A DNA stretch of 64,000 bases from Candidatus Omnitrophota bacterium (GCA_035292445.1 DATDQB010000013.1:7884-71883), one strand, 5' to 3'; positions 46,806 through 56,472 are shown, counted from the first letter of the stretch. Made by a program: numbers and translations. Notes: generated by a model from the letters alone, not told the origin.

Positions 46806-46943
46806 GCAAACCCCCTTAATTTAATATTAATAATAGTTAGTATTATACTTTTTAACCCTTCTTAAGAAAAGCCTTAATTTTTCATTTGTTGATGACTGTG
46901 GTTTCCCATTTTCAAAGTTGCATTCATCGATAGTTGTAGTACA

Positions 46944-47399
46944 ATGACCTTAAAGTACGCTATGAACTCCCCTCAACGACCAAAGCTTAGCTTTGCCTTC
47001 ATCCTAAGAACCTTTCTCACCGCCTCCCTGGCCGTCATCACCCTCATTAATTGTTTCCAACTTTATAAAGAAACAATGTCCATTAGGAAAATAAAACGCG
47101 TCATGCCTTTTTCGTTCCCGGGGTTGCGCTTTTCGGGGCTTGAAGCTGTCTTTGAAGGCGTTGAACGCATCGGTTTTTATACGGATAAGGATGTGACAGC
47201 CGGCGAATACGCAGCGATCTTTGCCCAAGCCCAATTGGTCTTGGCCCCCACGATCCTCGATCTCAATAACCTTCAGCACACCTTCATTCTTTTTGATTGT
47301 ACGCGGGAAGAAATGGCCATGGCTAAAATAAAAGAGATCGGGGCCATCCCTTTAAAGAGGAACCAGTACGGCATTATCCTGGCGAGGCGGACCAAATGA
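46944..47399 (+). CDS. Hypothetical membrane-anchored protein translationally coupled to the downstream GT-C gene; the start is uncertain
   Basis: ATGA overlap with the next gene. A candidate TTGCAT-16-TACAAT promoter overlaps the first ATG, so the true start may be MNSPQRPK at 46962. Confidence 0.45.
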   Translation: MTLKYAMNSPQRPKLSFAFILRTFLTASLAVITLINCFQLYKETMSIRKIKRVMPFSFPGLRFSGLEAVFEGVERIGFYTDKDVTAGEYAAIFAQAQLVLAPTILDLNNLQHTFILFDCTREEMAMAKIKEIGAIPLKRNQYGIILARRTK

Positions 47400-48760
47400 A
47401 CGACGTACTGATCTATCTTCCTTTCGCCCTGTCTTTTCTCATCGGGTACTTGCTGATTTCTCTTGTGCTTAAAGACACTGGCCCCATCGGGCCCTTATTT
47501 CGTCTTTCCTTGGCGGGCGGGATAGGGTTGGGCGTGAGCTCTTATCTGACCTTCCTTAATTTTATGGTCCTCGATAGGTTCAACGCGCCTTTTCTGATCG
47601 TCGGCCACGCCACTGTCTTATTTCTGATATTTTTAGGCTTACTCGCGTCAGCTAAGCGTCCGGCCTCTTCCCGGCCTTCTCATAAATTCCCGCTCACGGA
47701 CATATTGTCCTTTGTTGGGTTGATCATTATTTTCATACCCATTTACTATATCGCCACCTTTTATCCTTACGGCGGCTGGGATGCTTGGGCCGTGTGGCAC
47801 TTTAAAAGCAAATTCCTCTTTTTGGCCGATTCCCACTGGCGCAATATGTTTGACCCAGTCCTTTGGCGCTCAAGCCCCCACTACCCTCTTCTGTTACCCT
47901 TTATCAACGTCTGGGGCTGGGCGTTGCAACAAAAAGCTATCTATCAGATACCGCTTATAACATCGCTTTTATTTACATTTTTGACATGCTCGCTTCTTGT
48001 CTCATCCTTGCAAAAACTCACCTCATCCCGATGGTCTTTCTTGACCGCCTTGGTGATTCTGACGTTGCCGTTTTATACCAAAACGGCCGTCAGCCAATAT
48101 GCGGATGTGGTCTTGGGATACTATACGCTGGCCGCTCTTGTCTGCCTCGTTCTGGGGGGCATGCAACGCATGAGAAGATACTGTTTCTTAAGCGGGATAT
48201 TTGTCGGGTTTTTGAGTTTTACCAAACCAGAAGGATTGATCGCGTCTTTACTTTTAATGTCGCTGGGCTCTTTGTACCTGCTTTGGTCGAACAACCCCAA
48301 ACGTAAAGAGCTCCTCCTTTCCTATACGATCGGCGCTGCCATGACCCTTATTCCGTCATTGTTGTTTTATTGGCTGATAGCCCCGGCCAATATCACCAGT
48401 TTCAATGGGTTCATCTCCCAGGCGCCTCCATCGACATTGGAGCGGTTAAAGGTCATCTTTGTGTATTATCTGTTGGAATGGCTTACCCCAAAATGGAACG
48501 GCCTGCTGATCATCCTGTTTCTTGCCGTCATCGCCGGCGCGCGCTTATGTTTCCGGAAAGAGACGTGGGTTTTACCAACGTTCCTTTTCCTCTACATTGC
48601 CGGCGTGACTCTGTATTACTGGATGAATACCTATTTTGAGATCCTTTGGTGGCTTTCGGTGACGCTGAACCGGGTCATCGCTTCCCTCTTACCGGTCGTC
48701 CTTTGGTGGGTGTTCTTTGCGCTGGGGCGGGAACAACATAAACAGCCGCCGAATGATTAG
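47396..48760 (+). CDS. GT-C fold integral membrane glycosyltransferase (ArnT/PMT-like), 454 aa
   Basis: About 12 predicted TM helices and a periplasmic loop carrying conserved acidic/aromatic residues (YPYGGWDAWAVWH). Confidence 0.65.
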   Translation: MNDVLIYLPFALSFLIGYLLISLVLKDTGPIGPLFRLSLAGGIGLGVSSYLTFLNFMVLDRFNAPFLIVGHATVLFLIFLGLLASAKRPASSRPSHKFPLTDILSFVGLIIIFIPIYYIATFYPYGGWDAWAVWHFKSKFLFLADSHWRNMFDPVLWRSSPHYPLLLPFINVWGWALQQKAIYQIPLITSLLFTFLTCSLLVSSLQKLTSSRWSFLTALVILTLPFYTKTAVSQYADVVLGYYTLAALVCLVLGGMQRMRRYCFLSGIFVGFLSFTKPEGLIASLLLMSLGSLYLLWSNNPKRKELLLSYTIGAAMTLIPSLLFYWLIAPANITSFNGFISQAPPSTLERLKVIFVYYLLEWLTPKWNGLLIILFLAVIAGARLCFRKETWVLPTFLFLYIAGVTLYYWMNTYFEILWWLSVTLNRVIASLLPVVLWWVFFALGREQHKQPPND

Positions 48761-48762
48761 AA

Positions 48763-49239
48763 TTATTTCGGCCGTTCGATCTTAAGAATTTTGTAATGCA
48801 GCATGCCTGCGGGGACTTTGACTTTCACCTCAATGCCCGCCGCTTGCCCCATCAACCCCTGGCCGATGGGAGAAATGATCGATATCTTGTTTTCTTCATA
48901 ATCGGCTTCTTCGGCGGAAACCATCATGTATTTGAACTTTTCGTCCGTATCCAGATCCTGGAGCGTCACGATAGCGCCGATGTAAATCTTATCACTGGGG
49001 ATATCCTCATCTTCGATGATACGCACCGCGGCCAACTTGTTTTCCAGCCCCGCGATGCGCGCGCCGTTGTGCGCCTGGGCGTCTTTGGCAGCATCGTACT
49101 CGGCGTTTTCCGAGATGTCCCCCTGGTGCCGGGCCTCTTCAATGGCCCTGGAAATCCTCACGCGCTCCTTCTTGAGCCCTTCGAGTTCCTCGGCCAGCTT
49201 CTGATGACCGGCCCGCGTTAAATAAATTTCTCCTGACAT
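48763..49239 (-). CDS. greA: Transcription elongation factor GreA
   Basis: N-terminal coiled-coil with acidic tip (ISENAEYDAAKD) and a C-terminal FKBP-like domain. Confidence 0.92.
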   Translation of the reverse strand: MSGEIYLTRAGHQKLAEELEGLKKERVRISRAIEEARHQGDISENAEYDAAKDAQAHNGARIAGLENKLAAVRIIEDEDIPSDKIYIGAIVTLQDLDTDEKFKYMMVSAEEADYEENKISIISPIGQGLMGQAAGIEVKVKVPAGMLHYKILKIERPK

Positions 49240-49269
49240 AGATATCTTCCCTAAAATTGTTCCTTACGC

Positions 49270-49503
49270 TTACATATTTTCGAGCGCCTTGACCATCAAA
49301 GGAACGATTTCCTGGGCCTCATCTTTTGTCAAGCGCCCCATCTTGGCAAAGCGCCATTCCCCATCGACGCTCAGATTTTCCCGTGATATTTGAAGTTTTT
49401 TAGGGCCTTCATTGTAGGAAAATACCCCTACCGAAATCCTTGTATCTTCAAATTCCTTCACTTCTTTGAAAGTTTCCACATCTAACGATTTTTCGTACGG
49501 CAT
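49270..49503 (-). CDS. PC4-like ssDNA-binding protein (YdbC/DUF2128 family)
   Basis: 77 aa with a YdbC-like pattern ...WRFAKMGRLTKDEA..I, and an AGGAGG Shine-Dalgarno. Confidence 0.55.
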   Translation of the reverse strand: MPYEKSLDVETFKEVKEFEDTRISVGVFSYNEGPKKLQISRENLSVDGEWRFAKMGRLTKDEAQEIVPLMVKALENM

Positions 49504-49618
49504 GATCCTTCCTCCTTTAGGTTAACACAAAGCATGTCATGGCGATCTTTAGAAATCGACCCCGCGGCATCTGGATTAAAAACAAAATTCTAACGGTCTT
49601 AAATTAAAAAAGCAAGTT

Positions 49619-49912
49619 TTATTTCAAACGGTACCCCAGATCGATCAGCGTCATCACCAAGAACGATTTCAGGAAAATAATGGCGACAAAAGCGATAATA
49701 GGAGAAATGTCTATCGCCATGGGCGGCAGCAGGCGGCGAATGGGCTGTAAAATGGGCTCGGTCGTCCGGTACAAAAATTGCATGATCGGATTGAACGGGT
49801 CAGGGTTGACCCAGCTAACAAGGGCCCGGATCAGGACCAGCCAATACATCATCGTCAATACAATGTCGACGATCCGGGCAAGGGCTATAAGGAAATTACT
49901 TAAAACAAACAT
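49619..49912 (-). CDS. yggT: YggT family membrane protein
   Basis: Two TM helices and the YggT motif LIRALVSW, 97 aa. Confidence 0.75.
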   Translation of the reverse strand: MFVLSNFLIALARIVDIVLTMMYWLVLIRALVSWVNPDPFNPIMQFLYRTTEPILQPIRRLLPPMAIDISPIIAFVAIIFLKSFLVMTLIDLGYRLK

Positions 49913-49918
49913 AAAATT

Positions 49919-50998
49919 TTATTTTCTCGCATCTAATTCAAAAGCTTGCTCTTGGGTCAAATTGACCGCTTCAATAGGATAAGGAATGACAATCCCCTCT
50001 TGGGCGTAACGCTTATGCAGGCGCTTGATGAATTCATGCTTGATCAAATAGTTATCCACGAATTCTTTGGCCCTAAGAATGACGCTGAAATTAATGCTAT
50101 AAGCATTAAAGGTATGATAGCGGATAAAGGGCTGGAATTCCTTGACCCCGCCCGGGACCTCCTGCAATGTTTGTTTGGCAACCTCGACAGTGACCTGTTC
50201 GACTTTTTCCAAATCCGACTGGTAATGGACCCCCACCTCGACCAACACCGCCATCTCCGTTTCAGGATAATAATAATTGGTCAGCCGTGAGTCTATCAGC
50301 AATTTATTGGGGATCACCACGACATTGTTGGGCAGCATGCGCAGCCACGTGGAGCGCCAGCCGATCTTGTGGATATAACCTTCCTCGCCCGATTCCAGCT
50401 TAACAAAATGCCCGACCTTAACAGACTGATCGGCGATGATCTGGATGCCGGCAAAAAAGTTCTCAAGGGTGGGCTGGATGGCGAGCGCCACCGCCAATGA
50501 GCCGATCCCCAAAGAAGCGATAAGAGGCGTTATGGAAACCCCGAAACTGTCCAAAAGAATTAATAAACCGAGGCCTATAACGATGATGCGCACGATCCCT
50601 CTGGCGATGCCTCCGGAGGAACGCAAAATATCAATTTTATTGGAATAAGCGTGAAGGATGCCGTTCGAAAAGCGGTCGACAAATAAAACAATGGCGATGA
50701 CGGTCGTTACTTTGAAACCAACCAAAAAATAATTGGTAAGCTGCGCCTCTGTCGCCACCGGCAGCATTTGCTCGACCAACGCGCCGCCGCTGGTAAAAAT
50801 GAGCAGAAGAATTGGAAAATCAGCGGAGTGAGTAAAAATATCGTCGAGATGCGTATCCGTTGTCTTGGCAAAACGCTTGATGGCCCTGAAAGCAAGATTC
50901 TTGAAAAAAAGCAGGACCGTTACCCAAACAAAATATATTACTGGGACGATTACCCACGCCGGGATCGTATAACCCAATAATTGAATAAGATCAGACAT
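49919..50998 (-). CDS. Small-conductance mechanosensitive channel, MscS family
   Basis: TM helices and the conserved MscS pore helix plus beta-domain. Confidence 0.85.
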   Translation of the reverse strand: MSDLIQLLGYTIPAWVIVPVIYFVWVTVLLFFKNLAFRAIKRFAKTTDTHLDDIFTHSADFPILLLIFTSGGALVEQMLPVATEAQLTNYFLVGFKVTTVIAIVLFVDRFSNGILHAYSNKIDILRSSGGIARGIVRIIVIGLGLLILLDSFGVSITPLIASLGIGSLAVALAIQPTLENFFAGIQIIADQSVKVGHFVKLESGEEGYIHKIGWRSTWLRMLPNNVVVIPNKLLIDSRLTNYYYPETEMAVLVEVGVHYQSDLEKVEQVTVEVAKQTLQEVPGGVKEFQPFIRYHTFNAYSINFSVILRAKEFVDNYLIKHEFIKRLHKRYAQEGIVIPYPIEAVNLTQEQAFELDARK

Positions 50999-51015
50999 GC
51001 GCCTAAGCCCCTTTG

Positions 51016-51687
51016 CTAAAAAACCTTAAACAAGCTTCCCTCGATGATCTGCTGCTCCAATCGGTCGAACATCCTCTTTGACTTACGCGTGATCTGCTGC
51101 AGTTCGTCCATGATGTCATTAAGCCCCTCGGCCGTGATCAGTAGGGCGCGGGAAGAATCGACCATGACGTCCGTTAGTTCGACGATATCGACTTTATTGA
51201 GTTCCTCCGCCGTTTTGGTGAACGCCTGGGCGGCATCGGAAAACTTAATCGCCAGATCGCCGACATCAATCGGCTCTTCGCCGATAATAAACTGGTTAAA
51301 ATCGGCCGGTTGCTGACCCTCCAGCGAATAAATCTCGACCAGCTTTTCCCCCAAGATCCCTTCCGTCTTAATGGTATACTGGGTCGCTTTTTCCAATTGC
51401 TTACGGTACTTGGTTAAGATATTGATCGTGACCTGCACCTTTTTCCCTTTCACGTCCCTTTCCAAAAAATCAATGCTCGCCACATTGCCGACATTAACGC
51501 CCGAAAGCAAAGCCGGCGCCCCTTCCGTTAATCCCCCGACATTATTAAAAAGAACGCGAATCTGGAATTTGGGCTGGGAAAAGCCCTTATCGCTTCCGAT
51601 CGTAAAAACAAACAGGATAACTAAAAATATCCCTGTCAGGAAAAATACGGCGGCCAGAAATTGTTTGGTAAGCTCTTTTTTTTCCAT
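51016..51687 (-). CDS. mlaD: MlaD (MCE domain) protein. Start moved to MEKKELTKQ.
   Basis: N-terminal TM anchor plus an MCE domain. Confidence 0.8.
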   Translation of the reverse strand: MEKKELTKQFLAAVFFLTGIFLVILFVFTIGSDKGFSQPKFQIRVLFNNVGGLTEGAPALLSGVNVGNVASIDFLERDVKGKKVQVTINILTKYRKQLEKATQYTIKTEGILGEKLVEIYSLEGQQPADFNQFIIGEEPIDVGDLAIKFSDAAQAFTKTAEELNKVDIVELTDVMVDSSRALLITAEGLNDIMDELQQITRKSKRMFDRLEQQIIEGSLFKVF

Positions 51688-51692
51688 GATAT

Positions 51693-52409
51693 TTATCCGA
51701 TAAACTCCTGAACAAATGAATTGGTTGATGCTTCCAGCTCCTGGCGCGTCCCCACGGCGATCAACCGGCAATCCTGGATCAGGGCCAAGCGGTCCGCGAC
51801 ACGCAACGAATTGTCGATATCGTGGGAGGTCATCACCGTCGTACAGCCCAGTTTCTTGGAAACATCCCGGATAAGATTAGAAATGTCCCGGCTTCGGATC
51901 GGATCAAGCCCGGAGGTCGGCTCATCGCATAAAAGGATCTTGGAATCCAGGATGATCGCCCGGGCCAAGGCGACCCGCTTTTTCATCCCGCCGCTTAACT
52001 CCGCCGGGAACTTGTCCTCAACATCCTTCAAATCCAGCGCATCGAGCGTCTTCTTCACCTTTTCTTTAATTTCTTTCGAAGTCAGCGTGGTATGCTCCCT
52101 TAAAGGGAAGCCGACATTCTCGGCCACGGTCATGAAATCATATAAAGCGCCCTCCTGAAACAAATAACCAATATTTTTGCGTAATTGCAGCAGTTCCCCC
52201 TCGTCCAATTTTGCAATATCAACGCCGTTGATAAAGACCTGGCCCTGGTCCGGCTTAAGAAGCCCTATCAGGTGCTTCAAAAAAACGCTTTTCCCTTCGC
52301 CGCTTCCCCCCAGAATGGCCATGATCTCCCCGGTTTTTACCTCCAGGTTGATGTCTTCCAGAACCTGCTCATTATCAAACGCTTTATAAAGGTTGGTCAC
52401 CTTAATCAT
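51693..52409 (-). CDS. mlaF: MlaF ABC transporter ATP-binding protein. Start moved to MIKVTNLYKAF.
   Basis: Walker A GGSGEGKS, the LSGGMKKRVALARA signature and Walker B. Confidence 0.85.
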   Translation of the reverse strand: MIKVTNLYKAFDNEQVLEDINLEVKTGEIMAILGGSGEGKSVFLKHLIGLLKPDQGQVFINGVDIAKLDEGELLQLRKNIGYLFQEGALYDFMTVAENVGFPLREHTTLTSKEIKEKVKKTLDALDLKDVEDKFPAELSGGMKKRVALARAIILDSKILLCDEPTSGLDPIRSRDISNLIRDVSKKLGCTTVMTSHDIDNSLRVADRLALIQDCRLIAVGTRQELEASTNSFVQEFIG

Positions 52410-52755
52410 GAAGGCGCCTCTCAAAGTAACGGAATTTATTCTTCCCGAACTTGGTATACAACCGGCCGTACGGACGGACATCGATCTTATCAACGAAGAA
52501 TTGCGTCCCGCGGTATTCACCCAAAATGTATACTTCCGAATCCATAAGGGTCTCCACCCCGTCCACGGGATACCACATCTCTCCCTCAAATTCGATCGGT
52601 TCCCCGTCACGGATCCACACGGGCTCGGTGGAATGGATCGGATAGGTCTGCAAATGCCCCAAATTGCCCGCTTTCATATTGCTCGTGCATCCGGTAAACA
52701 TCATGCAGGCGAACAGGAAAGTATAAACTAAAAAATCGTTTTTATTGGTCTTCAT
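52402..52755 (-). CDS. Hypothetical lipoprotein with an FTGC lipobox, embedded between mlaE and mlaF
   Basis: Signal peptide plus lipobox, 117 aa. It is tightly coupled on both sides, with an 8-nt overlap with mlaF and a 3-nt gap after mlaE. Confidence 0.6.
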   Translation of the reverse strand: MKTNKNDFLVYTFLFACMMFTGCTSNMKAGNLGHLQTYPIHSTEPVWIRDGEPIEFEGEMWYPVDGVETLMDSEVYILGEYRGTQFFVDKIDVRPYGRLYTKFGKNKFRYFERRLHD

Positions 52756-52758
52756 GCG

Positions 52759-53529
52759 TTATCCCCAGATATTAAGGATCGTTTTCGTTAAAACCGTATT
52801 GGATAAGATGATAAAGATGTACGAATACGCCACCGCCTGGGTCGTGTATTTGCCCACCCCTAACGAGCCTCCTTTGGTGATCACCCCCTGGTAGCAGCAA
52901 ACCCAGCCGATCAAAATGCCGAAAAAGACGACTTTGATCATGCCGCTGAAAAAATCGACATATCGGATGGCTTTAATGGTCTGGTTGATATAGAACGTGC
53001 CCGGGATATGGGCTTCAAAAATACCGATACAATAACCGCCGGCGATACCGATGATCTCCGAAATAACCGTCAGGACCGGAAGGGCGATGATACAGCCCAA
53101 GAACCTCGGGACGATGAGGAATTCGACCGGGTCAACCCCCATCGTGCGGGTGGCCAGCATCTGGTCATTGACGCTCATCGACCCCAGCTCGGCGGTGATC
53201 CTTGCCCCGGCCTTTCCCGAGAAAATGAGCGCGGTGAATACCGGGCTCAGCTCCCGTACCAGCGACAACGCCACGATCGGGGCGATCACTTCCTTGGCGC
53301 CAAAACGGATCAAGACAACCAAACTCTGCATGGCGATGACCAGCCCCGAGGCGAGCGACGTCAAAGCGATAATAATAACAGACTGCAACCCCTGCTCGTA
53401 AACCTGCTTGAGCACTTCCTTAAAACGCACGCGGCCGCTGAAAATGCAACGGAGCATATCGCCTAAGAACCAAAGAGCATCGCCAAAATCAGCGATAATA
53501 TTTATGATCGGTTGAATAATATATTTCAT
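52759..53529 (-). CDS. mlaE: MlaE ABC transporter permease. Start moved to MKYIIQP.
   Basis: Permease of the MlaE/YrbE family, about 255 aa. Confidence 0.85.
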   Translation of the reverse strand: MKYIIQPIINIIADFGDALWFLGDMLRCIFSGRVRFKEVLKQVYEQGLQSVIIIALTSLASGLVIAMQSLVVLIRFGAKEVIAPIVALSLVRELSPVFTALIFSGKAGARITAELGSMSVNDQMLATRTMGVDPVEFLIVPRFLGCIIALPVLTVISEIIGIAGGYCIGIFEAHIPGTFYINQTIKAIRYVDFFSGMIKVVFFGILIGWVCCYQGVITKGGSLGVGKYTTQAVAYSYIFIILSNTVLTKTILNIWG

Positions 53530-53595
53530 GAATGTCGATATTATAAAGTAATTTGAGCTTAAGGTAAACCCTTTTATCAATCCCGTTTCTTCTAA

Positions 53596-54108
53596 TTATT
53601 TCGAATGTTTTTCCTTAAGCCAAACGGATCTCATCTCTTCGGTGATCTCATGTTCAAGCGTATGCGGTATATTTTTAGGCTGATCTTTCTTGGCGGCCCC
53701 CTTGCCCTTTGAAGGCTTTTTGATCAAAAGGGCATCGCCTTTTTCGATAAACTCCTTGACCTCCATGGCCTTGGCCCCGAGGGCGCGGATGGCGTATTGC
53801 ACCGGGCGGTCATTGGTGACCACAATGATATTCCCTCGATTCTCTGCCTCATCCACCAGCCACAAGATCTTCTCATCGGCCGTTTCATGGCTTGAAAAAA
53901 CTATTTTTACCGTACTGGCGCCTTCAAAGCCGTAATGGCCCGACTTGCCGTCAAAAACGACCGTCACTGTGTTGTTCAAACTTCCCTGGGGGCGCTTGCG
54001 TTCGACGAAATCAATAAGCTTTCTTCTTTGCTCCTCCAGGCTACCCTTTGAAAGGGCCGGCACCTGGTAAATGATGTTGTACCCGTCCAGAAGGAAATGT
54101 AAAGACAT
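53596..54108 (-). CDS. NYN/YacP-like PIN-fold RNase domain protein
   Basis: The LLVDGYN-type N-terminus (FLLDGYNIIY) with conserved D...D acidic residues. Confidence 0.65.
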   Translation of the reverse strand: MSLHFLLDGYNIIYQVPALSKGSLEEQRRKLIDFVERKRPQGSLNNTVTVVFDGKSGHYGFEGASTVKIVFSSHETADEKILWLVDEAENRGNIIVVTNDRPVQYAIRALGAKAMEVKEFIEKGDALLIKKPSKGKGAAKKDQPKNIPHTLEHEITEEMRSVWLKEKHSK

Positions 54109-55033
54109 AGACCACACCTCCCATCAGCCCCACGGCCACCATAAAAAAGAAGGAAATGAGCGACATGCCGACGGCGATCTCCTGGGCCACGCCCACTTTG
54201 GCAAAAAGATAGGCCGCGCCGAACTCCCTCACGCCAAGCCCGCCAATGGAAGGAAACGCCGAGGCGATGCAAATTAAGGGAACAAAGATCAAAAAGTAGA
54301 TCAACGGAATATCCTGATGAAGCGCTTTGGAAATAAAATAGAACGAGAAAATGAAAACGCTCTGGCTAAAGCAAGCAATGGCCATGGCCTTGAAGGCTTC
54401 TTGAGGCTTGCCCTTAAGAAGGGATAGGTCATAATGCACTTCCATCAGCTTTGCTTTAATCTTCGGCAACCCGTTAAAAATAAGACAGCCAAAAGAATAG
54501 ATCCGTTCGTTAAATAAAACAGCTACGGCCACCAAAGAACCCAAGCCCATCAGGGCGATCAAGATCAGGACCGAATTATCCTGGATCAGTTTATACCCGA
54601 AGAGAAAGGAGCAGGTCGCAACGACAATGATGGCCGCAAACCCGCTTAAACGATCCAGTATCACCGAAGCAACGACCTTCGGTTTCTGGGAGCTGTGCTG
54701 GCAAAGCCCTAAGATCTTGATCAGATCACCGCCGATCGAAGACGGCAAGAACAAATTCCCGAAAAGGCCGATAAAAAAATACCGGAACACGTTCCAGATC
54801 GAGACGCTCAGGTCCACCGCTCTTATGAGCACAAACCAACGGTAAAGCAAAATAAAATTAACGCTTAAAAATATGATGAACCCCAGCAATAAAACAGCCG
54901 CATCCGCGGCGCGAAGTAGCGCAAAAGTTTCCGCGGTGTCGATCTTGGAGAATAAATACCACAACAATGCGCCGCTTAGGCCAAGCCTCCCTAGAAGTGA
55001 AAACGTTTCTTTTGTTTTATGTTTTAAGGACAT
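54041..55033 (-). CDS. UPF0104 / LPG-synthase-TM family membrane protein (flippase-like domain)
   Basis: Eight or more TM helices with conserved Arg and Gly patterns of the family, 330 aa. Confidence 0.65.
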   Translation of the reverse strand: MSLKHKTKETFSLLGRLGLSGALLWYLFSKIDTAETFALLRAADAAVLLLGFIIFLSVNFILLYRWFVLIRAVDLSVSIWNVFRYFFIGLFGNLFLPSSIGGDLIKILGLCQHSSQKPKVVASVILDRLSGFAAIIVVATCSFLFGYKLIQDNSVLILIALMGLGSLVAVAVLFNERIYSFGCLIFNGLPKIKAKLMEVHYDLSLLKGKPQEAFKAMAIACFSQSVFIFSFYFISKALHQDIPLIYFLIFVPLICIASAFPSIGGLGVREFGAAYLFAKVGVAQEIAVGMSLISFFFMVAVGLMGGVVYVFTFPSGRVQHHLPGAGPFKG

Positions 55034-55950
55034 GCCGGATCCCGCTTACTGTGCGCCATGCACTCTTGGTAGCCTTCCTCAGCGATATAGGAACTGCGTA
55101 CCAGGGGGCCGCTCATCACATGTTTAAACCCCATAGACAGGCCTTCCTGCCTTAAGGCGTCGAATTCGCCGGGGGCGTAATATTTATCGACGGGAAGGTG
55201 CCGTTTAAACTTGGTGGGCTGAAGGTACTGGCCGATGGTCAGGATATCGCAATCGTTTTCGCGCAGGTCCTTCATCACTTGAGTTATTTCATCGCGGCTT
55301 TCGCCTAAGCCGACCATAAGGCTGGATTTGGTCAAAAGAGCTGGATCAAGCCCTTTAAAATTACGCAGCACTTCCAGCGAGCGTTCATACCCGGCTTGCG
55401 GACGGACCTTCAGCGACAATCTTTGGACCGTTTCAATATTATGGCTGACCACCTCGGGCTGGGCTTCCACCAATTTTCTTAAACTCTCGATCTTATTGGA
55501 AAAATCGGGGATCAAAACCTCGATCTTGGTTTGAGGCGTGAGCTGTCGTATCTCCCTTATGGTTTGACAAAATTGCCCGGCCCCCTCATCTTCCAGATCA
55601 TCACGGGCGACGGAGGTAATGACCACATAACGAAGGTTAAGAAGCTCAACAGCCAAAGCAACTTGCCTGGGTTCACCGGCTTCCACTTCCAACGGCCGCC
55701 CGGATCTGACCGCGCAAAACCGGCAGCCCCTGGTGCAAATATCGCCCAGGATCATGAAAGTAGCCACTCCCCGGCCCCAGCAGGTCCCGATATTCGGGCA
55801 ACGCGCGCTTTCACAGACCGTGTGAAGGCCGCTGGCGCGAAACATCTCTTTCATCCGGCGGATCGTATCCATATCCGGCAATTCCTGGCGAAACCATGCC
55901 GGTAAGGGGCTTAGACGATGCGTGGCGTTGTCATCAACCAAGTGAGGCAT
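55024..55950 (-). CDS. lipA: Lipoyl synthase LipA. Start moved to ATG MPHLVDD; the track start is TTG.
   Basis: Two Cys clusters, CESARCPNIGTCW and CTRGCRFCAV (radical SAM). Confidence 0.9.
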   Translation of the reverse strand: MPHLVDDNATHRLSPLPAWFRQELPDMDTIRRMKEMFRASGLHTVCESARCPNIGTCWGRGVATFMILGDICTRGCRFCAVRSGRPLEVEAGEPRQVALAVELLNLRYVVITSVARDDLEDEGAGQFCQTIREIRQLTPQTKIEVLIPDFSNKIESLRKLVEAQPEVVSHNIETVQRLSLKVRPQAGYERSLEVLRNFKGLDPALLTKSSLMVGLGESRDEITQVMKDLRENDCDILTIGQYLQPTKFKRHLPVDKYYAPGEFDALRQEGLSMGFKHVMSGPLVRSSYIAEEGYQECMAHSKRDPACP

Positions 55951-56464
55951 CTGGGGCAACTCCTTCCCGGACCGCTTTCTCAAACAGTTCGATCAACTTT
56001 TTTCTTTCCTTCGCTTTGGCATAATCGAGGATTAATTTGCCATCCAGATGGTCGCTCTCATGCAAAAAGACCCGCGCCATCAATTCGGAAAATTCCTTTG
56101 TCACCTGTTGGTTATTTTCATCGGTAAATTTGACAACTATTACCTTCGGCCTTTTAACGTTGACGCTGACCCCGGGGATGCTCAAACATCCCTCTTCCAT
56201 GGTTTGCGAGCCTTTTTTGTTCAGGACTTTCGGATTAATGATGGCCATAGGGCCTTCGCCGGTATCGGCGACGAAGATCCTTTGATTGATACCCACCTGG
56301 GGGGCGGCCAGGCCGATACCTTTATAGGCATACATCGTTGCCAACAGGGATTCGATCAGCAGCCGTTCACCAGGGCCGACTTCTTTAACAGGGTTGGATT
56401 TTTTCTTCAGGCAAGGATCGCCGTAAAGGCGGATTTTTAAGCTGGTTGGCTGCATATGCGGCAT
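55934..56464 (-). CDS. def: Peptide deformylase
   Basis: The GIGLAAPQVG, EGCLS and HESDH motifs. Confidence 0.92.
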   Translation of the reverse strand: MPHMQPTSLKIRLYGDPCLKKKSNPVKEVGPGERLLIESLLATMYAYKGIGLAAPQVGINQRIFVADTGEGPMAIINPKVLNKKGSQTMEEGCLSIPGVSVNVKRPKVIVVKFTDENNQQVTKEFSELMARVFLHESDHLDGKLILDYAKAKERKKLIELFEKAVREGVAPDASLG

Positions 56465-56472
56465 GCGAGCGC

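Noticed and set aside
48760-48763. Convergent GT-C (+) and greA (-) stop codons only 2 nt apart
   Set aside because: This is unusual in leaving no room for terminators, but there is nothing further to test from sequence alone. It may simply reflect bidirectional read-through tolerance.
53596-55033. 68-nt overlap between the NYN/YacP gene and the upstream UPF0104 gene as evidence of a frameshifted fusion
   Set aside because: The two reading frames encode unrelated, complete-looking domains. The overlap is more simply explained by a slightly downstream true start of the NYN gene.
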